A DNA stretch of 64,000 nt from Lingula anatina (taxonomy: Eukaryota; Animalia; Brachiopoda), in assembly GCA_051362555.1 (NCBI GenBank), contig CM120640.1:12896001-12960000 (forward strand). Reading direction: 5' to 3'. The translations under genes and the position numbers were made by a program. The notes under the pieces are model-generated. The model saw only the letters and a program-made list of their open reading frames with translations, had not been told where the DNA came from and ran no database searches. Below are positions 1 to 12,208 of this stretch, piece after piece; positions within the stretch are counted from its first letter, which is position 1, and every line of letters starts with the position of its first letter.

Positions 1-1645
1 CAAAAGCTCCTATTCAAAAAGTTATATGTTAGATAGAGGATATATTTTCAAAATTCACCTTGCCAGACTTTCAGTTATAATTTTTTTCTGGGCTGTTTTC
101 CTTTGTATGATCATTCCTTTGTATGGAAAACATGAATAAACTAAGTTTATTAACTATTATCAATTACACCTGGGCCCTTTTTCAACAAGGACTACTAATT
201 TAACTACATGTACTGCCATTAATGCTAAATTTGGAGACCTAACTAAAGTCAAGATTTACCCTATAATTAGGTGAAAAAAAGACGTGATAAATCAGCTCTG
301 TTCCTCATTTCTCAAGTATTTTATTATCCTCCTCTCTCAAGCTTTCTTTTTATCTACAATACTAGATGAGGCAGACCACATTGGTGTATTGGGGACTATG
401 AATTACTACAAAATATAATTTTCGGGTAATTAACATCCCAGTAAAAGGGCTTTCTTTACAGAATGTTATGTATTTGTCATTATTGAATAATATTAAAGGA
501 AATCAAAACCTGAAAGAGTCCTGCACTCCCATAAGCTTAAAAAAAGTTTTAAGAATACCCCTTCAAAGTTTTTAGTAATATTTGGCACTTGTGGATGACA
601 TATTCTCTGTGCCAAAGGTTTTATTACAGGACTTAGAAGGATAAAAAGAATGCTGAACTTTAAAAAAGTATGCTTAAAGATGATTAAGTCTCAGTTCTTT
701 AATATGGGTTTGAAATAGGGGTAATATAGAATTCATAAGTCAAACTTGATGCTTTTTACATACAGACTGTATATGTCTGTATATAATCTGATCAGTGTCT
801 GTCCCTGTTGTTGCTGTTGCCAAATGTTCATCCTATTGCTGCCAAACCAAACTTTTATTTTACTTAAAATTTACAGTGTGACATGGTTTGAAAATTGGCA
901 GGAATTGAATAAATTACATAATATACTGGGCTTGGGGAGATTATGATGTGCTTTTCAGATTATGGTGTTTTTAGGTCAGATTGATGTATAAGAAAGATAT
1001 TCTGGTGATGAAATTCTTACTGTTTTTGATGCTATCGTGCACCTCAAGCAAAACTAACAATTGTTATCTCAGCCTGCTTGGGAAAATGTGCTCTTTATTG
1101 ATCCTCCTGTTATCTTAATGATACCCCTGTAATAGTGAAAATAATCCTATTTTGCGTCACAAGCCCAACTGTGCTGATCTTTATCTTGCACTGTTGGCAT
1201 GTAGTGCTCAGGTTAAGATGTCTACTGGGATCTCTGATCAGTGGCCCACAGAGATGAAAAATTTTTTTTATCAAAGCAGATAATTGTCAATTTCTAGTAG
1301 TGCCCAAGTGTCAGCCAGAGGTGTAGAATGGCTTATGCTCTGCAGAGCAAAGACTGCGACAAGAACTGCATCTTAAAAAGAAAGCAAAATGTTAGTTCTA
1401 TAATTACCTCCAAAAATGGATATGTCTTTATTGGCTCCAATAGCTCTTACTATAGGAATCACTTAAATGTATTTATATGCTTCTTACTGTGTATCAGTAT
1501 ATATAGAGAATACTTTGTATTTGAAAAGATCAGAGATAGCTGATATGCTTTCCCTATCGCTGTTCAACGCCCCATAACTGTGAAACTATTTTGGTAAAGA
1601 AGCAGGTTGCTTTAGACAATCAGCATGATTGCTTTACATTTACCT

Positions 1646-1687
<42 letters not shown>

Positions 1688-1829
1688 CAATTTTGATGAT
1701 GCTTGCCTCATATTTAAGTGACAAACCATATTTCTGTTTCCTTTTAAGGTAATAATTTTTTTTTTTGCATGTATTTTGTTGATGTTTCTTCCTCTTTGGT
1801 GTCTGTATATATTCCAGCTTTGCTGTTTA

Positions 1830-1935
1830 GTTCAAACTGTAAGAGGTATGGACACTGAAATGAACACTGACCAGCTTTCAGTTCATAGCACAAGAGCCAC
1901 TGCTACAGTTAAAGATAAGATCAAATGTGTCCCAC
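1830..1935 (+). mobile_element. Degenerate tyrosine-recombinase C-terminal fragment of a DIRS-like retrotransposon
   Basis: Translates as DQLSVHSTRATATVK, matching the HSTR box of DIRS tyrosine recombinases; a paralogous copy lies near 6130-6215. Confidence 0.55.
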
Positions 1936-2248
1936 TTATAACAATTTACATAATATGTTTCCATAATTTAAATAATTAATTCCCTCAATTTAAATTATTT
2001 GTTCCCACAATTTAATAATTTCACATAAAAAGTGATACCATTGCAATCAGCATACACAGAGACTAATGTAAGAGTTAGTTGAACAGTTGAACAGTGGATC
2101 TGGCAATGTGAAATATTACCATTAATATGCTGCAGTAAATGGGAAAATTCCAAATTCAATACTTGTCTCATACCTGGAAAACAGCTGCTTCATGCAAAAT
2201 GTTTATTTAAATTTTGCAAAGTTGATTACCCTGAATTCAACAACCATG

Positions 2249-3313
2249 TTAGCTGCTGTATATTTTAGGGCATGACTGGTTGCTTTGCAATACTTCCCAA
2301 ATTTTTTCATGGCAAGTGCGATGTATAGCCAGAGTCTTGTGTTTGAGGCGGCATGGGTCTATTATGAGTGACGTCAAATTCCTTGTGAATCCTCGAAATT
2401 GTGCAGTTTCATTTACAAGTGTTACATTGTTTTCATGTGCAATACTGGTCATGTAATGGTCCTCCATGAACATATGCTTATTGAAAGACTTTTCGTGCAG
2501 AATCTTAATTACTTTAAAGGAGAAAACAGAGGCAAATCCAGCGATGAAATCTTTGTACCTTCGATATCTGTATTGCCTAAAAGACTGATAAAATTTTCGC
2601 TTAATGTTCCGCGTGACGCGATATCCTGCTGGGAAATGGTGGCCCATGTACAGGTTGCTGGCAAGGGGTTCTTTCAGATTTTTCAAGTACTGGACCATGG
2701 AATAATAGTTAAGAGTGACATCACTACCACACAACACAACAAACTGTGCATGGGGACAAAACTCCAATGCCCAACGGAAAGCTAAAATAGTTTTCAAAGT
2801 AAAGTTAGCATAGGAATCATGAAAATCAACTTTGATTATGTCTCTGTAGTGAGCACTTTCCTTGCCCACTTTCTCCTCTACCAGCAAATCATTAGTTCGC
2901 CCCAAAATGTAAACAGTTCGGATTGTTTTCCCCAAATGTTCTTTTACACTTCCACAGTTTTTGCGAAATGTACGTCTTTCTGCAGGGTCCCTTGGATCAG
3001 CAATAACCAATGTCAGTATAAAAGGCTGCATTTCTTCCTTATTGCATGGCACATTTACGATATAATTGTACCTTCCCAAGTGGTACCAAAGGTCCCAGTC
3101 TTTGGCTTTAGCTGCGCACTTCTCCTGGGCAACAAAACAAGTGGAATTCTGATGTATGTCCCCTTTTGTGTAAAGTAAAATATTCTTTGAAAATGAGAAA
3201 TACTCCTGTTGATTATTAACCATCCAAATGCCGATCATATACCCACTCCAGGTTAATGATAGGCAAATCAATATTGGAAGTGCAATAAACATCAAGTTAC
3301 GGAACAGGATCAT
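2249..3313 (-). CDS. GT31 beta-1,3-galactosyltransferase-like type II membrane glycosyltransferase (354 aa, single coding exon)
   Basis: N-terminal TM segment and GT31 motifs ERRTFRKNCG, TVYILG, ESAHYRDII, DFHDSYANFTLKT, FCPHAQFV, MEDHYMT. An acceptor-like ttttccag lies just upstream (3324-3331). Confidence 0.9.
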   Translation of the reverse strand: MILFRNLMFIALPILICLSLTWSGYMIGIWMVNNQQEYFSFSKNILLYTKGDIHQNSTCFVAQEKCAAKAKDWDLWYHLGRYNYIVNVPCNKEEMQPFILTLVIADPRDPAERRTFRKNCGSVKEHLGKTIRTVYILGRTNDLLVEEKVGKESAHYRDIIKVDFHDSYANFTLKTILAFRWALEFCPHAQFVVLCGSDVTLNYYSMVQYLKNLKEPLASNLYMGHHFPAGYRVTRNIKRKFYQSFRQYRYRRYKDFIAGFASVFSFKVIKILHEKSFNKHMFMEDHYMTSIAHENNVTLVNETAQFRGFTRNLTSLIIDPCRLKHKTLAIHRTCHEKIWEVLQSNQSCPKIYSS

Positions 3314-4334
3314 TTCTACTGTACTGGAAAATGTTGTGAGATGGGAAATCTTCTTTCAGGCAAAGTTCCAATCTTTTTAGCAGAAAGCCTGCACGTATAT
3401 ACTATACTGGATCATTGAGTCATTGGTTAACTCACATCTACAGTCGAATATGGTAAAATAGAATATATGTCAGGCAGAGCAGGCATAAATAGATAATAGG
3501 CTTGCAATATGTTTACGTAATAGCTAGGTCCCACAATTTAAGTAAACCATTCCCACAATTTAAATAATTTCTTCCCTAATTTAAATAATCCCTTCCCACA
3601 ATGTAATAATTCCTCATTAAACAGTGATAACATTGCAATCAGCTTATGCAAAAGCTTAAGTACTAATGGAAATGGAGTTAATTGAACCATATATTTTAAA
3701 ATATATAAATTCTTTTTCATAATAATCTCATAAGGTATCCTACTGGAGAAGCAATAAGGCTTTCCATTCGGTTTACACCCAAACCCAATATAGAGGTGCA
3801 TTTCACATGCTGAAGTATCAAAAAATATAATTGAATGAATTCAAAGTTGCATTCTATTTTTTTAAAACATTTATGTGTTGTTACAACTCAAGATCGTATT
3901 AGTGGATTGTGTTAGTTGGTACAACCGGATGGAAAGGGGTTGCTTGGATGATAGATGCAAAATGGACAATGAAAAGGTAGTACTCACAGGAAATTATATG
4001 GCTACAATCATATATAGCCTGAGAATGGGGCAATATTTTTTGCAATCTGGACTTCATGGCATATATAAAATTGGTGAATTACATTTTTTGCGTCCTTCCA
4101 TGGCGTCTTTATTGACCCCACCTTCAATAATGGCCAACCTCACTCAAGGTGTTCCTGCTCGAGGAACACAGGGCGACTCCAGCTCTTGCCACCAACACCA
4201 ACCAATTATTGAACCAAGCAAATAATTTTTCCTCTCCTTTCAACTATAAAAATGGAAACTAGTTGATCGCTGGAAAATGTATCATAGCTGATTTGTTTCC
4301 TGCTGGGCAAGTAATCCAGGCCTAGTGTCCCCTT

Positions 4335-4620
4335 TGATAAATGTGTAACTGAGATGATGAGCAACCTTGTGGGAGCAGTAATGGGAAACCATAAAATGCC
4401 ATCTGTGAAGGAGCAGTTAGAGAAGCTTTCTGACTGTCTATGTTTACTGGCAGGTACAAATACAGAGATAAATCTGCATAGGAAGGAGGTATGGAAATCA
4501 GAAATGCATGATAGCACTAAGGCATTCTGTGCAGCCTCCTGGCCAGTTACGGTTTTGATCTGACCTGCCCACTGCAGCTGAAGTTGCAGATCAAAACCGT
4601 AACAACTGAAACATACTAAG
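4335..4620 (+). mobile_element. DIRS-like retrotransposon ORF1/gag remnant (copy 1)
   Basis: LSDCLCLLAGTNTEINLHRKEVWKSEMHDSTKAFCAASWPVT resembles the conserved DxLxLLxxxNxExNxxR/K...LCxxxxPVT block recalled from invertebrate DIRS ORF1; repeated at ~5285-5520 and ~11045-11245. Confidence 0.55.
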
Positions 4621-5284
4621 TGACAAACCAATATTCAGCAAAATTACCTTTTCCTCATCTAAGATATTTATCCCCTACCCTTAGACCTACGAGAGCATAC
4701 TGGACAAACAATTAAGTGCCTTCCATTTTAATGTTAATTTTAATGTTAAAACATGCTGCAGTAAATGAGAATATTCAAGTTCAATACTGGTCTGATATTG
4801 AAAACAACAACCGCTGCATGTCCAGGGAAACTTATTATTAAAATTATATTTTGCTATAAATAAATGGTCTATAACATACTTTGTATTCGGTCAGGTGATA
4901 TTCTTTTTTTTTTTTTTTTTGGTTTTACTCATTATGTAGCATGGTACTCACATGATTTCCAGCTGTTTCTGTAAAGTAGCAGTAATGATATATTTTATAT
5001 TAATAAATACCTTCAAGCTATATTTTTTTTCAACATTGTGGTGCAGGCTAAATGATCAATTGAATATTTGAAGAGATATGACATTACAAACTAAAATCGT
5101 ACAATATTTGACTATTTTTCATCTTATGCACAGCCATCTGTTGATATAAATGATATCAATTATTCATGTACATACATGTATAAGTGATAACTATAAACAG
5201 CTAATTCAAATATTTTTAGTAGGTTTTGTGAATTTTGTGAAATAAGACTTCTTTCTTGACACTTTCTGGACACCCTGCTATACA

Positions 5285-6250
5285 TCATGTGTAACTGAAA
5301 TGAGGAGCAACCTTAGGGGAGATATAAGGGGAAAGCATGGCATGCCACCTGGGCAGGAGCAGTTAGAAAAGCTTTCTGACTGTCTGTTTACTAGCAGGTA
5401 CAAATGCAGAGCTTAATCTGCACACAGTATGGAAATCAGAGATGCATGACAGCACTAATTAGGCATTTTGTGCAGCCTCCTGGCCAGTTACAAATTTCAT
5501 CTGATCTGCCCACTGCAATTAAGGAATTTTAAAACTAAGTCATTAAGAATGGCGAACAAATATTCAGGAAAATTAAATTTTCCTCACCTAAGAGATTTAC
5601 CCCCTACCCTAAGGCCAATGACAGCAGACATGACAAACGAGCACCTGAATTCCCACCTGAGACCGAGGGTTTGCTGAAGAAGAGTGACAAACCAGGCTGC
5701 TGTGGTTATGGCATCAGAGCTTAAATTGCAAACTCAGTCTCGAAGGACAGAGCTTAACCTGGTACTAGGGTCAGTATACACATCAGTGAGTGCACATAAA
5801 CTTCATTATTGTAATAAATCCGCTCACTGTGGGCCTGGCAGGATAGCAGATAGAATGAATTATTTCATTGACCAGTGGAAGACTTTAGCACATGATAAAA
5901 ACAGCTTACAAATTGTCAGTGGTATGACATCGAGTATGATCACACACCTGTCGAGGGGTTTTCACCAACCCGGTCTGAGACAATGTGAAATTGTGTGCTG
6001 CGTCTGCTCTTCTGCATTACAGGTACTTTAGTAAGACCAAGAAATCCTCAAACTTGTTTTTTAGTAAAGCCTTACCAACCAGTGACTTAAAGTCCTATCT
6101 CAAGGTGGATTAAAGATGTACTTTATTCATCAGGAATTGACAAAGATCAGCTTTCAGCTCATAGCACAAGAGCTGCTGTTACAAGTAAAGATAAGAGTGC
6201 GTCCCACTTGAAACTATTTACAATATAAATTACTCGTTCCCATAATTTTA
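5285..6250 (+). mobile_element. Internally deleted DIRS-like retroelement (gag fragment, pol start, tyrosine recombinase end)
   Basis: In the expected order: gag-like block (~5290-5520), GRIADRMNYFIDQWKTLAHDKNSLQIVSG (~5838-5925, typical start of DIRS pol), then WIKDVLYSSGIDKDQLSAHSTRAAVTSK (~6105-6190, YR HSTR motif). Stops, frameshifts and large deletions are present. Confidence 0.7.
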
Positions 6251-6464
6251 AAAAATTCCACATTGAAAATAGTGATAAATAATGGAAGAGTAAGCTGAAC
6301 CATATAGTGACAGTGGATCCAGCATGGGACATACCATTAATATGCTGCAGTAAATGGGAAAAATCCATTTTTCAATGCTGGTCCCATACTTGAAACACAA
6401 AATCTGCTGCATGCATGTTTATTTACGTTTTGCAAAGTTGATTACACCGAATTCAACAACCATG

Positions 6465-6797
6465 TTAGTTGCTGCATATTTTAGGGCATGACTGGTTGCT
6501 TTGCAATACTTCCCAAATTTTTTCATGGCAAGTGCGATGTACTAGTGTGGCTAGTCTTGTGTACATTGTAGGTGGCATGGGTCTATTACGAGCAACGTCA
6601 AATTCCTTGTAAATCCTCAAAATTGTGCAGTTTCATTTACAAGTTTTACATTGCTTTCTTGTGTGATACTGGTCATGTATTGGTCCTCCATGAACAGATT
6701 CTTATTGAAAGACTTTTCGTGCAGAATCTTTATTCATGGAAAGGAGAAAACAGAGGCAAATCCAGCAATGAAATCTTTGAACCTTCAGTATCCATAT
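6465..6797 (-). pseudogene. Truncated 3' copy of the GT31 gene (copy A)
   Basis: Clear nucleotide similarity to 2249-2570 including the stop and 3' flank; indels near 6540-6575; 5' two-thirds absent. Confidence 0.85.
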
Positions 6798-7176
6798 ATC
6801 CTGTGGAATATATGATAGGTAGAGCATACATGCATAAATAAATTAAAAAGGGCCACCTAAAATATTTTAATGGTTCCCATAATTTAATAATTCTTTCCCA
6901 AAATTTAATAACTCTTTCCCACAATTTAATAATTTGTTCCCACAATTTATTCAATTCATTCTCACAATTTTAATAATAAGTTCCAGCTGTCAGTGACAGC
7001 TAGTTCATCCAACCCCATTCTTAGGCTCTAATCTTAGGCTCTAAATATATAAATTAATTAGTAATTAAATAAATAAATAAATAAAAGACTTGGTCCCATA
7101 CTTGAAAAACAAAAACTGCTGCATGCATGTTTATTTATGTTTTGCAAAGTTGATTACCCTGAATTCAACAACCATG

Positions 7177-7505
7177 TTAGTTGCTGCATATTTTAGGGCA
7201 TGGCTGGTTGCTTTGCAATACTTCCCAAATTTTTTCATGGCAAGTGCGATGTACTAGTATAGCCAGTCTTGTGTTGTAGGTGGCATAGGTCTATTACGAG
7301 CGACATCAAATTCCTTGTGAATTTTCAAAATTGTGCAGTTTCATTTACAAGTGTTACATTGCTTTCTCGTGTGATACTGGTCTTGTAATGGTCCTCCATG
7401 AACAGATGCTTATTGAAAGACTTTTCGTGCAGAATCTTTATTCATTGAAAGGAGAAAACAGGCAAATCCAGCAATGAAATCTTTGTACCTTCAGTATCCA
7501 TATAT
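7177..7505 (-). pseudogene. Truncated 3' copy of the GT31 gene (copy B)
   Basis: Second copy of the same fragment inside the tandem duplication; a 2-nt deletion at ggagaaaacaggcaaatcc relative to the intact gene. Confidence 0.85.
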
Positions 7506-7794
7506 CCTGTGGAATATATGATAGGTAGAGCATGCATGCATAAATAAATTTAAAAGGGTCACCTAAAATATTTTAATGGTTCCCATTATTTAATAATTCT
7601 TTCCGAAAATTTAATAACTCTTTTCCACAATTTAATAATTTGTTCCCACAATTTATTCAATTCATTCTCACAATTTTAATAATAAAAGTTCCTGCTGTCA
7701 TTGACAGTTCATCCAACCCCATCCTTAGGCTCTAATCTTAGGTTCTAAATGTATACAAGCTGGGCATTTTGTACTGTTCGGCTTGCACTCTCAA

Positions 7795-9950
7795 CAACAT
7801 CAGCAGCACTGTGTCTCAGCTCCTGACAGCAGTGTCTCAGCGATGTACCCCGCAGCCTACACCAATAGCGGTCTCCAGGCAGTGGTTTTCTTACCAACCC
7901 TCTTATAGCTATGTGCCTGGCAGCCCAGGATGACAGCCATCTTCCCAGCATTGGTTCTCTTACTGGCCCTCATCTCAGCAGTGTACCCAAAAGCCCACGA
8001 CAAGAGCTGCCTTCCAGGCAGTGGTTCTCTCATCGGCCCCCGAAGACAGCAGTCCTCCCAATGGTGGTCCTCTCACTGGCCCTCATCTCAGTGGTATGCC
8101 CAGCAGCCCACGACAACAGTGGTTTTCCTAGCAGCAGTTCTCTCACCAGCCCTCATCTCACTGATACACTCGGCAGCCCAGAACAACTGCGGTCTCCCAG
8201 CAGCTGTTCTCTCACCAGCCCTTGCCTCAGTGGTGTCCCAAGCAGCCCACCCTGACAGCGGTCTTCCAGGCATCAGTTCTCTCACTAGCTCTCTCATCAG
8301 TGTACTTGGTAGCCCACAATAACAGCGGCCTTGCAGGCAGTGGTTCTCTCTCCGGCCCTCGTCTCGGCGGTGCACCCAACAGCCCAGGAAGACAGCAGTC
8401 CTCCCAACATTTGTTCTCTCACCAGTCCTCATCTCAGTGGTGTACCCGGCAACCCACGAGAACAGCAGTCCCTGACAGCTGTTCTCTTACCAGCCCTTGT
8501 GTCAACAGTATACCTGGTGGCCCACAACGATAGTGGTCTCCCCGGCAGCAGTTGTCTCACCAGCCCTCATCTGAGTGGTGCACCCTGTAGCCCACGACCA
8601 CAACTGTCTTCCCGGCAGAGGTGTTCTCACTGGCATCATCTCAGCTGTGTACCCAGCAGCCCACAACGACAACAGTCTTCCTGACAGCGGTTCTCTCTCT
8701 GGCCCTCGTCTCAGCCTTATACCAGTTAGCCCACAATGACAGTGGTCCTCCCAGCAGCAGTTTTTGCACCGGCTCTCGTCTCGGCAACCCACGATGACAG
8801 CAGTGTCAGCGTTAACCAGGCAGCCCACGACGACAGCTGTCTTTCTGGCAGTGGTTCTCTCACTGGCATCATCTCAGCGGTGTACAAAGCAGCCCACAAT
8901 GACAAGGGTTCTTTCTCCAGCCTTTGTCTCAGCCTTGCAACAGGCAGCCCACAACGACAGTGGTCTCTTTCACTAGCCCTCATCTTAGCAGTTTACCAGG
9001 CAGCCCAAGATCTTACACCGGCCCTCATCTCAGCAACCCACGATGACAGCTGTCTCCCCAACAGCAGTTCTCTCACCAGCCCCAATCTCAGTTGTGTACC
9101 TGGCAGCCTACCACGTCAGCAGTTTTCACGACAGCAGTTCTATCACCAGCCCTTGTCTCAGCCCTTTACCAGGCAGCCCACGAAACAGTGGTCTTCCCAG
9201 CAGTGGTTCTTTCACCTGCCCTCATCTTAGCAGTTTACCAGGCAACCCAAGATGACAGCGATCCTCCTGGCAGTGGTTCTTACACCAGCCCTTGTCTCAG
9301 CAACCCATGCCAACATGACAGCAGTGTCCCCAACAGCAGTGGTCTCACTGGCCCCAATCTCAGTTGTGTACCTGGCAGCCTACCACGACAGCAGTTTTCT
9401 TGACAGCAGTTCTTTCACCAGCCCTTGTCTCAGCTGTTTACCAGGCAGCCCACGAAACAGTGGTCTTCCCAGCAGTGGTTCTTTTGCCTACTCTCATCTT
9501 AGCAGTTTACCAGGCAGCCCACAATGATAGCGGTCCTCCTGGCAGTGGTTCTTACACCCGCCCTCGTCTTGGCAACCCATGATGACAGCCGTCTCAGCAG
9601 TTTACCGGGCAGCCCACAACGACAGCTGTCTTCCCAGCAATGGTTCTTTCACATGCCCTCGCCTCAGTCACGTACCCTACAACCCACGGTGTGGTTCTCT
9701 CAGTGGCTCTCATCTCAGAGGTTAACCCCGCAGCCCATGATGATAGCATTCTTCTGGACAGGGGTTCCATCAGCGGCCCTCGTCTCAGCAGGGTACCCAG
9801 CAGCCCACGATAACATGGTCTTCTTGGCAGTGGTTCTCTCATCGACCCTTTCTTAGCAGTTTTCCCAGCAGCCCTAGACCGTCTCAGCATCATTGGTTTT
9901 CTCAGCCCTCTTCTCAGTGGTATTCCCTGCAGTGGTCTACCTGGCAACCT
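7795..9950. repeat. GC-rich degenerate minisatellite, ~70-bp unit
   Basis: Approximate consensus cagcccacaacgacagyggtcttcccagcagtggttctctcaccagccctcatctcagcagtgtaccc; unit starts e.g. 7921/7991 and 8104/8174/8243. The unit is not a multiple of 3, so the stacked ORFs here are artefacts. Confidence 0.9.
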
Positions 9951-10479
9951 TCAGCAATGGCAATCTCAACAGTACTGTTTTATTTTAATCAGATTTTGTA
10001 TAATTTTTTTCGCTACATTAAATTTATAATTTTTATATTTATTTTGTTCTTGTTGTTTTTTATCTTTGATCAGCCCGCAACACCCACAATTTCAATAATT
10101 TGTTCCCTAATTTAAATAGCTCATTCCCACAATTTTATAATTCCTCATTGAACAGTGATACTGTCACAATCAGCTTACGCAAAAGCTCAAGAACGGAAGA
10201 GTTAGTTGAACTATGTAGTGACAGAGGATCCAGGTTATGCGAGACATACCTGTGAATGTGACATAAATTGGGGAAGAAGAAGGGGCAACGAAGGGCCTTA
10301 GGAAAGACCTCTACACAAATTTTTGCCTACAGGATGCCACAGCAATGATAATGCAGACAGACCACAAATTTGCCAGGCGCAGATTGGCTGTAAATTTGAC
10401 CGTCTTCCCAGATATGAATGGTTGGTTTGTGTACATGTTGTTTGCTGGAGAAGGGGTGATAAGATACGTACAGCATGTG

Positions 10480-11245
10480 GAATACCATTAATATGCTGCA
10501 GTAAATGGGAAATATTTAAGTTCAATACTGGTTTGATATTTGAAAAACAACAAATGTGAATGTCCAGGAAAACATATTTTGCTATAAATAAATGGTCTAG
10601 AACATGCTTTGTATTCAATCAGGTGATATGCTTTCTTCTTTTGGTTTTGGTTTTATCTCATTATATGAAGGCACCCGCACGCTTTCCAGCTGTTTCTGTA
10701 AAGAAGCAGTAATGATGTGTGTTATATCTTATATTAAAAATACCTTCAAGCTACATTTTTTCTTTAACAAAAACTAATGTAAAATATACTGGTATTTGTT
10801 TCACACATGAAGTCATTGAGATGCAGGCTAAATGATCAATTTGATATTTGTAGAGATATGAAAAATAAAATCATACAATTTATCTATTTTTATCTTGTAC
10901 GATGTGCATCCATTAATATAAATGATATCAATTATATATGCACATACATTTACTACTGATAAAAAACCTTAAATTCATATATTATTAGTAGATTTTGTCA
11001 ATTTTGTGAAATAAGACTTTTTTCTGGACACTTTCTGATACTTTCATGTGTAACTGAAATGAAGAGAAACCTTAGGGGCGCAATAAAAGGAGAACATGAC
11101 TGGGCAGGAGCAGTTAGAGAAATTCTCTGTCTGTCTATATTTACTGGCAGGTACAAATACAGAGATAAATCTGGGTATGAAGGAAGCATGGAAATAGATG
11201 CATGACAGCAGTAAGGTATTCTGTGCAGCCTCCTGGCCAGTAACA
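10480..11245 (+). repeat. Dispersed duplicate of ~4750-5490 (AT-rich block plus DIRS gag fragment)
   Basis: Shared blocks atgctgcagtaaatg..., ttgctataaataaatggtcta, ttccagctgtttctgtaaag, gcaggctaaatgatcaatt, gtgaaataagactt, gggcaggagcagttaga. Confidence 0.85.
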
Positions 11246-12208
11246 ATTTCCTAATCAGAAATTTTGCAAAGTGCAGTTCACGCTGAAAAGTAGGTCAAAG
11301 GTCAAACTGAAGGTCATAGTAAAGTTGCCAGTAGATGACTTCCTATTCAAGTTCAATAGTAACTATGAAAAATACTTTTTAACATTTGTGGGAAAACAGT
11401 CTCCAAAATATGATCCTTCCCCTCAAAAAACACATTACTTTTGTACATATAATTTGATCTTACAGATATTTGAAAGGAACTTGCTTTTTGTCCCTAACTA
11501 AGCCATTCAGCAAATTATACAGTAAAACAAAAAATATGGTTAGACTGTTACAGGGACAAGTGTGTCGGACAGCAGCAGCAATGACAAGGAGAGGTCCATA
11601 ATCAGAATACATACAGGCATGTATAGTGCCAGTATATAAATATTTCAAGATGAAATTCACTTTTTTTTAGATTTTAATTCACATATAGCCCTTGGGCATT
11701 ATCAAAATACTGTATACATTTTGTTCTTGCATAGGCTTAGTTATACTAGTAGCACCATTTTTCAGTATCTTACAGGCATACAATGATTGCTTAACTTTTA
11801 TATGATTCTGTTGTAATTCTAAAAACCCAGCTTTTTTTTACAGCAAACTAGCCTTAGAGACTCCTGTGCATGATTTCCCTCATAGCACCTTGCTGTAAGT
11901 TAATCAGGATATACTAATAATAGTTCTTAAACAGTATCACGCAAATTACAATATTATCACAAATTTAAAGTCTTATTATGCAAAAAAAAAAAAAAAAAAA
12001 AAAACCTCTGAACAACTAAAAATGCCTGTTCTCATCAATATTTCAATTTTACCTCAGAATGTCAACAAACTGCATGAATTCTGCAAATTAATTCAAATGT
12101 CAATCTACAGGAATTGCATTCTTTTGTGGGTAGAATTGTCTTGCTATAACAATTCAAAAATTGTCTGTTGAGCACATAATCAGCATGATCTAAAAATCTC
12201 CCTGCCAA

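Larger units (their letters stand above)
6379..7750. repeat. Tandem duplication with ~713-bp period containing the GT31 3' fragment
   Basis: tggtcccatacttgaaa starts at 6379 and 7092; both units end in ttaggctctaatcttagg(c/t)tctaaat (~7046 and ~7750). Confidence 0.9.

Noticed and set aside
950-1620. Possible further DIRS RNase H/methyltransferase/YR remnants
   Set aside because: Only faint motif hints; too degraded to support without a profile search.
7745-9947. Many overlapping 70-160 aa ORFs on both strands; superficially CRISPR-like or mucin-like
   Set aside because: By-product of a degenerate 70-bp tandem repeat; no unique spacers, no cas genes, and no frame is maintained.
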